Assembly: GCA_963676835.2 (NCBI GenBank)
Contig: CAXXFF010000003.1
Coordinates: 768,001 to 832,000 of the forward strand
Direction: 5' to 3'
Length of the DNA stretch: 64,000 nucleotides
Source of the DNA: Marispirochaeta sp.
GTDB lineage: Bacteria > Spirochaetota > Spirochaetia > JC444 > Marispirochaetaceae
In this document: piece by piece, positions 58,671-64,000 of the stretch
How positions within the stretch are numbered: the stretch's first letter is position 1
How the letters are laid out: the number at the start of each line of letters is the position of its first letter
Program-made: the position numbers and the translations under genes
The notes under the pieces: generated by a model
The model's input: the letters and a program-made list of their open reading frames with translations, nothing else
Databases searched by the model: none
What the model was told of the DNA's origin: nothing

Positions 58671-59354
58671 TCAAGAATGTTCAACCAGCTTTTTATCCTT
58701 ACCTGCAATTTCCGCACCCTGCTCGAGAAAGTTCTTGAGCACAGAGAAAATGGAATGAAGGTCGTACTGCCTGCTTTCCCCGGAAGCGAAACTGCTTACA
58801 GAGCTTTTCAGGACCATTCCGAGCATAAGGGAAATAATAACATCTACAAAAACATTAGCTGTCAGTCTGGGATCAAGCTTAACCCGCAGAGATCCGTCTG
58901 CCTGCCCTTTTTCGAATATTCCCGCAACAATGCCGATAAGCTTATCAATATCCGTCGAAATTCTGTTCTGATTTATGAGGTTAAGGGACTCTTTACCTTT
59001 CTGATTGAGAAAGGTAATGCTTCCGAACAGTATCAGATGCGGATCCCGGCTGAGGTGATCAAAGTACTCCACCAGACGGGTCAGCTGTTCCGCCCCGGTG
59101 CCCTCTCCGGGAAAGATCTTCTCCAGGCCGAAATTCTCCTTCTCGATAAACTCCGAAAAGAGGTGAGCAAGGATATCTTCTTTGGTCTTGAAATGAAGAT
59201 ACATAGCCCCGACACTGACGTCAGCCTTACGGGCAATTTCCCTTATGGTTACATCGTCGTAGCGTTTTTCTTTGATAAAAAGATCTTCCGCGGCTTTTAG
59301 AATACGCTCCCGGGCTTCCCGCTTCTTACGCTCAACCCGGCCGATCTCTTCCAT
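58671..59354 (-). CDS. TetR/AcrR family regulator
   Basis: TIREIARKADVSVGAMYLHFKTKE. Confidence 0.92.
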   Translation of the reverse strand: MEEIGRVERKKREARERILKAAEDLFIKEKRYDDVTIREIARKADVSVGAMYLHFKTKEDILAHLFSEFIEKENFGLEKIFPGEGTGAEQLTRLVEYFDHLSRDPHLILFGSITFLNQKGKESLNLINQNRISTDIDKLIGIVAGIFEKGQADGSLRVKLDPRLTANVFVDVIISLMLGMVLKSSVSSFASGESRQYDLHSIFSVLKNFLEQGAEIAGKDKKLVEHS

Positions 59355-59457
59355 AGCTTCCTCCTTGCATTAAAAATAACGAGTTTCTACTCTTCTGCTT
59401 GACGTCAACAGAGGGCACAAGAATAGCATAAAAACGGGTTGTTACTGCAAGCCCGTC

Positions 59458-60285
59458 TTACATCATGCGCATGGTCCCCTTGAAATAGGCAAGATCCAGC
59501 ACCATAACCATGGCGCCCTGCTTTTTTTCCATATCACCGGTTATTTCCTCGATACCTTCAAGAACATCATCTATGCGATCTTCCGGGACCATAGCCAGGA
59601 TAGTCCTGCTGCGGTTTTTATCGGCCTTCATAAACCCGATAAAATCGGCAAAGAGTGGAATATTGGAGATGAACTCTCCCATACCGAAAGATTCAAGAAT
59701 GGTAGCGCCTTCAATACCCTCTTCTATGAAAAACTCCAGCAGAGGGTAAAAGAAATCTTCCAGATAGAGATTAACCATGAGAAGCTTCATCTTGCGGGTT
59801 TTTCCGTTTTTCTCAGCCGCACTGGCCCTGCTGTGGCGGATAAACGCCTCGTACATGGCAGTCTCTGTGGGAGATTTGATTATCTCATTCTTAACCGCCG
59901 GCTGCCCGGCTGCCCGGGAGATGGCGGCAAGTACCTGCAGATGACCATTTACATCCTCCGGAGGTCCAAGGATGACAAAAAAAAGTTTTACCTTTTTCTT
60001 ATCCAGAGAATCGAACTCAAGACCCTTTGGAGCCACTGCAAGGTATACCAGAAACTCCTGCATTCCCGGAATTCTGGCATGGGGAATGGCAATTTCACCG
60101 CCGAAGCCGGTGGAGCCCTGCTCTTCCCTCTCCTTTAAGGCCTGGTACACTGCCTCTTCATCTGTTCCGCCGATTTTCCCGCTTTTAAGAGCTAATCCTG
60201 CAAGCCGCCGCAGAACATCATCCTTTGTTTTTCCTTTGAGTCCCAGCCGGCAGCACTGTTTTTCAACCAGTTGAACAAGTTCCAT
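59458..60285 (-). CDS. PTS EIIA (Ntr/Fru-type) domain fused to a P-II-like domain
   Basis: REEQGSTGFG..IAIPHAR; C-terminal GIEGATILES.GMG..RTILAMV. Confidence 0.75.
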   Translation of the reverse strand: MELVQLVEKQCCRLGLKGKTKDDVLRRLAGLALKSGKIGGTDEEAVYQALKEREEQGSTGFGGEIAIPHARIPGMQEFLVYLAVAPKGLEFDSLDKKKVKLFFVILGPPEDVNGHLQVLAAISRAAGQPAVKNEIIKSPTETAMYEAFIRHSRASAAEKNGKTRKMKLLMVNLYLEDFFYPLLEFFIEEGIEGATILESFGMGEFISNIPLFADFIGFMKADKNRSRTILAMVPEDRIDDVLEGIEEITGDMEKKQGAMVMVLDLAYFKGTMRMM

Positions 60286-61538
60286 CAGGCCTCCTCCATT
60301 TCATTTCCCCGGACCAGACCGAAACGGGACAGGGGGGGTCCGATCAGTTCATTGATAAAAACTGAAAGGAGAATGATATTCACCATATTGTCAATTATCA
60401 GCACCTGATCCGGCGGCAGATGGGATGCCAGAGGAGAGGCCTGAATCATCAGAACAAGACCGATTGCGACCCCCGCCTGAGGCAGCATGCACAGCCCTAA
60501 ATAGCGCCGTACCGGTCCGCGAACCCTTCCCGCAAGACAGCCCAGATAGACCCCGCTGTATTTTCCCGCAGCACGGAACAGGATATAGGCGCCGCCGAGA
60601 ATAAGAATTTCCGGCTGCATCAGAATACCCGGCTGAAGCTCCGTTCCGGCAATGACAAAAAACAGGGCATAAATCGGCGGAGTAAGGGGTTCTATAATAC
60701 GCAGAAGCCGGTGGTTTGAAGGAGAGAGATTGATCAGTACAGCACCTGCTGCCATGTTGGTTAAAAGGGGAGAAAGATGAAAAACGATGGATATTGCGAT
60801 TGAAAGAAAAACCAGCCCAAGGGTTAGAATAAGTATTTCATTGGAGCTTTTTTTCCGGGTTCCATGATGAATAAGAAAACCCGCAATTACCCCGACAAGC
60901 AGAGAAAAGAACACCTCTCCCAGGGCATGAAGAATAATAAGCATGGCGCCATGATCCCCGCCGGAGACCCCGAGCATACCGGAACCGGCAGCAAACATTA
61001 ATCCGAAAAGTATAACCGCGCCGGCATCATCAAGAGCAACAATGCCGTAAAGATAGTCCACAAAAAGCCCGGTGGCCCGCAGAGACTGTACGATTGCCAC
61101 CGTCGCAGCCGGCGCCGTAGCCGATGCTATGGCTCCCAGCATAAGCGCATATGGCAGAGGAACATGAAAAAGAGCCATACCCACGGAAACAGCAGCAAAG
61201 GCAATGAGCAGTTGAAAAACAGTAATAATAATGACTTCACGGCCTACCCGCTTAAGCTTTACCCAGTAAAACTCACCGCCAATAGTTAAGGCAATCAGGC
61301 CCAGAGCAACTTCTGTAACTATTTTAAGGTTTTCCCCCATGTGATGAGGGACTATACCGGTAAGACTGTCCCCGAGAAGGAGACCGGCAATAATAAACCC
61401 TGAAATTTCAGGCAGCCTGACCTTTGCAGCCAGTTTTCCCATAAGATAGCCGACCACAAGGAGCATACCCAGAGTAAAAAGGGCATGGTGCCCGAGAAGA
61501 TCCCTGAGTTCGATAATATACTCAATTATCTGCTGCAC
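60285..61538 (-). CDS. Cation:proton antiporter
   Basis: ATAPAAT, VALDDA, FFVIAG, PQAGVAIG, NELIGP. Confidence 0.88.
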   Translation of the reverse strand: MQQIIEYIIELRDLLGHHALFTLGMLLVVGYLMGKLAAKVRLPEISGFIIAGLLLGDSLTGIVPHHMGENLKIVTEVALGLIALTIGGEFYWVKLKRVGREVIIITVFQLLIAFAAVSVGMALFHVPLPYALMLGAIASATAPAATVAIVQSLRATGLFVDYLYGIVALDDAGAVILFGLMFAAGSGMLGVSGGDHGAMLIILHALGEVFFSLLVGVIAGFLIHHGTRKKSSNEILILTLGLVFLSIAISIVFHLSPLLTNMAAGAVLINLSPSNHRLLRIIEPLTPPIYALFFVIAGTELQPGILMQPEILILGGAYILFRAAGKYSGVYLGCLAGRVRGPVRRYLGLCMLPQAGVAIGLVLMIQASPLASHLPPDQVLIIDNMVNIILLSVFINELIGPPLSRFGLVRGNEMEEA

Positions 61539-61663
61539 TTTTAACTCCGCTTTATTCCTGCCTTTAATACTAATCCCTCAGAGAAAGATGCGCAACGAAA
61601 AGCTTTTTTGCTTTTATATTGACAGCAGGTGGTGCAATGCGCATAGTTATAGGAGAGGTTTAT

Positions 61664-62026
61664 ATGGAAAAACGAAAGTTTTCCCGTACAGGTTTTCATA
61701 CTGCGGGCAAAGTAATTACAGATACTGCTCAAATTGATGTAAGCGTGGTGGATTTATCCCTCAGGGGAGCATTGTTCGCATCCCCCACGCCTCTTACCAT
61801 TGGCAATACCGTACAGCTTGAAATAAATCTGATGAACTCCGAGGTGGTTATCGCCACAGAAGGGAAACTGGTTCATCAGGAAGACGAAAAATACGGTATC
61901 CGTTTTTCAAGCATCGATGCCGAAAGCATGATTCATCTCCGGAGCCTGATGGAATACAACACGGAACGGTTTGAAGAAATCGGCACCGAACTGGGCTTTC
62001 TTTTCCGGGAAAACCCCGAGGAATAG
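61664..62026 (+). CDS. PilZ domain protein
   Basis: RKFSR (RxxxR) and DLSLRG (DxSxxG). Confidence 0.85.
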   Translation: MEKRKFSRTGFHTAGKVITDTAQIDVSVVDLSLRGALFASPTPLTIGNTVQLEINLMNSEVVIATEGKLVHQEDEKYGIRFSSIDAESMIHLRSLMEYNTERFEEIGTELGFLFRENPEE

Positions 62027-62028
62027 GT

Positions 62029-62739
62029 TCAGTCGGCAGAAATGCTGACAATACCTTCCGTTTTCAATCTGTTTTCCCCGTTACCCGTATAAGACACAGA
62101 ACCAATCCCTTCTATATTTCCCTCCAGCAGCCCCCCTTCCAGGTGAAGCTCAACATTGGATGCTCCTTTCATTTGGAGCTCGACGTTGGTAAACAGAGAT
62201 CCTGACATATCCAGGTTGCCTGCACCATCACTGACAACAGTAAAGCGGTCCGCCTTAAGCCCATGTCCAGAAAGGTTTACCGCACCATGAAGTCTGAAGT
62301 TCAGCTTATCTGCTTCTATATCTTTCAGGACTCCGTCAGCTGCTCCATCGATGCTGAGTTCTTCAAGATTGAGCAGAGGAAGAGCTACTGAAAATCCCCC
62401 CACCGGTGCGGTAGTCATGCTTTTATCCAGGCCGATACTCAGCAGATTACCTTTGCGGGTTGTCACAACCTTATCATGATACTCACGGGGCACAGAAACA
62501 GTACCTCCCGTATCAGTGCTTCCACTTATATCGATTTTCCAGACTCCAGTAAGACTGATCCGGGTTATACCAGAGGTATCAACCGGGATTTCAGCCGTTT
62601 CACCGGACAGTTGAATATCCTCACTCCTGGAATAAGAGATATCCCTACTTAGACTGAGTTTAATAAATACAAGGGAAAAAACTATAAGCAGCGCAAGGGC
62701 CGCAGCACCTGAAATAAGAACAATTTTACTGTTTTTCAT
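62029..62739 (-). CDS. DUF2807/GIN-domain protein
   Basis: N-terminal TM; repeated beta-helix-like GA motifs, GSVSYTG. Confidence 0.65.
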   Translation of the reverse strand: MKNSKIVLISGAAALALLIVFSLVFIKLSLSRDISYSRSEDIQLSGETAEIPVDTSGITRISLTGVWKIDISGSTDTGGTVSVPREYHDKVVTTRKGNLLSIGLDKSMTTAPVGGFSVALPLLNLEELSIDGAADGVLKDIEADKLNFRLHGAVNLSGHGLKADRFTVVSDGAGNLDMSGSLFTNVELQMKGASNVELHLEGGLLEGNIEGIGSVSYTGNGENRLKTEGIVSISAD

Positions 62740-63133
62740 GGTAATCTCCTCCGCCGTTTCCGGCGTCTTTAAGGGAATCCCGGTATATCCGGTATTCCCG
62801 GTTTATGTCATCCATATTCAATCCCAGAATCTCCATACTGTGGAAAAATTTGGGCAGTTCCCGGGAAATAAACTGTTCTTTCCTCTGCCGGAGGATTAAT
62901 TCACCGGCCCCGGCAGCAACAAAATAGCCCATCCCGCGCTGATTGTAGATTACCCCACCCTCCTGGAGCTGTCCGTAGGTGCGAATTACGGTATTGGGGT
63001 TAACCTCCATTTGGGCAGCGAGCTCCCTGACAGACGGGATTCTTTCGTTTTCAGGATAGTCACCGGCAAGGATAAGCTCTTCTATATAATTGCCGATCTG
63101 CCTGAAAATACTGGTGGAGTCGTTAAACCGCAT
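62726..63133 (-). CDS. GntR family regulator (YtrA subtype)
   Basis: IPSVRELA..VNPNTV, QRGMGYFV. Confidence 0.9.
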   Translation of the reverse strand: MRFNDSTSIFRQIGNYIEELILAGDYPENERIPSVRELAAQMEVNPNTVIRTYGQLQEGGVIYNQRGMGYFVAAGAGELILRQRKEQFISRELPKFFHSMEILGLNMDDINREYRIYRDSLKDAGNGGGDYHEKQ

Positions 63134-63944
63134 TCCTCACCTCCGCCTCCCGGACCCTCAGGTATGCAACAGTCCAGCAGAACGGAGCCAGCAGGCCGTA
63201 GTAGAAGATACGGATTACTGAAATCAACTGTCCCCCGGTTCTTCTGGTAGAACTGAAGAGAGGAACGGAGAAACTGCTGGAAAAATCGACGGAGTGCACA
63301 AATTTTCCATGCCCGCCGATAAGAAGCCGGACAATAATCGCAGCTAAAATTCCGTAGAGAATAAATCCAGCGGCAATGGTCATAACTGTTTTTAAAAGCT
63401 GGTGCTTTCTGTATACCGCTCCTCCGGCAAAGAAGAGTGACTGAAGAATAAGATAATGGGGCAGCATGCGGATAACTGACCTGGAAAACGGATTAAAGAT
63501 ATTCCCCAGTCCGTCACCGAAGAGCAGCTGACTGAGAATAGCACCGGCGACTGATGCCAGAAAATAGACCAGCGTTGTGAGCAGCCAGTAACCCAATGAG
63601 CTGATGAGAAGCCTGGAGAGAAATTTCTCTTCCTGGGAGGCGGGCAGCATAAGCCAGTCATGAACTCCGTTTATGGAGTGCATAGCCTTGAATGATCCGG
63701 ACGCCACAGCAAAGCCCCCGATAAAGAGAATTGTCGGATAGAGCCCTTCATGAATGCCCCGGCTGTTACTGTCGATCATGGAAAGAAGCATAATTACTAC
63801 GGTTATCCCTGTAATGGTCAGGGCGGCGGTCAGTATGCCGCGCCAGTTCATAATCTCCTGCCGTCGAATCAGCAGGCCGAAACGGTTCAGTTTAAAATAG
63901 CTTTCAAAGCTTTTCTTATGGTTCACTGTGTTCATGACGTTCAT
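63123..63944 (-). CDS. Probable ABC-2-type permease
   Basis: About six TM segments, LMLPASQEEKF motif; YtrA-type operon context. Confidence 0.65.
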   Translation of the reverse strand: MNVMNTVNHKKSFESYFKLNRFGLLIRRQEIMNWRGILTAALTITGITVVIMLLSMIDSNSRGIHEGLYPTILFIGGFAVASGSFKAMHSINGVHDWLMLPASQEEKFLSRLLISSLGYWLLTTLVYFLASVAGAILSQLLFGDGLGNIFNPFSRSVIRMLPHYLILQSLFFAGGAVYRKHQLLKTVMTIAAGFILYGILAAIIVRLLIGGHGKFVHSVDFSSSFSVPLFSSTRRTGGQLISVIRIFYYGLLAPFCWTVAYLRVREAEVRNAV

Positions 63945-64000
63945 TCCTCTCCATCTCCTTGCTCTTCAGCTGTGCCTTCGCCGGCTTCTGTTCCAGATCC
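63941..64000 (-). CDS. 3' end of an upstream gene (identity unknown; ABC ATPase by context)
   Basis: GSGTEAGEGTAEEQGDGEE* with ATGA overlap into the next gene. Confidence 0.45.
   Translation of the reverse strand, partial: GSGTEAGEGTAEEQGDGEE

Overview
A 64-kb bacterial chromosomal segment. A free-living anaerobic spirochaete is a plausible source (inferred from gene content only: Spirochaetaceae-style lipoproteins, PF01704-type UGPase, EIIA-PII fusion). No rRNA, tRNA, CRISPR array, integrase or transposase was seen. In order: truncated ettA; SDR; CsgG/beta-barrel protein; two AAA_14-DUF4143 genes flanking alkD; a DeoR-led 2-oxoacid dehydrogenase operon (E2-E3-fused E1ab); lipoproteins; brnTA beside an allophanate hydrolase remnant; glk-nudC-UGPase-hisI-ferredoxin; arsR-permease-thioredoxin; a Thermotoga-like hexuronate cluster (uxaE, uxaC, SDR, DeoR / HAD, LarA-family epimerase, gnd); an apparently stand-alone ~250-nt structured RNA; a corrinoid methyltransferase cluster (RACo, PocR-AraC, corrinoid protein, MtaA-thioredoxin fusion, CobW); a ~13-kb catabolic block (TauE, SDR, three GntR, sugar ABC, UlaG-like lactonase, atypical transaldolase, MMSDH-type ALDH); an RND efflux operon; a CPA antiporter with EIIA-PII fusion; PilZ; and a YtrA-type ABC operon. 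Most interesting: the promoter-to-terminator ncRNA/micropeptide unit at 33.3-33.6 kb, the kinase-free lactonase/transaldolase/ALDH cluster, recurrent leaderless promoters, the synonymously diverged duplicated gene end at 31.5 kb, and the uronate route lacking a local gluconokinase. All protein calls are by motif recognition; no database searches were run.
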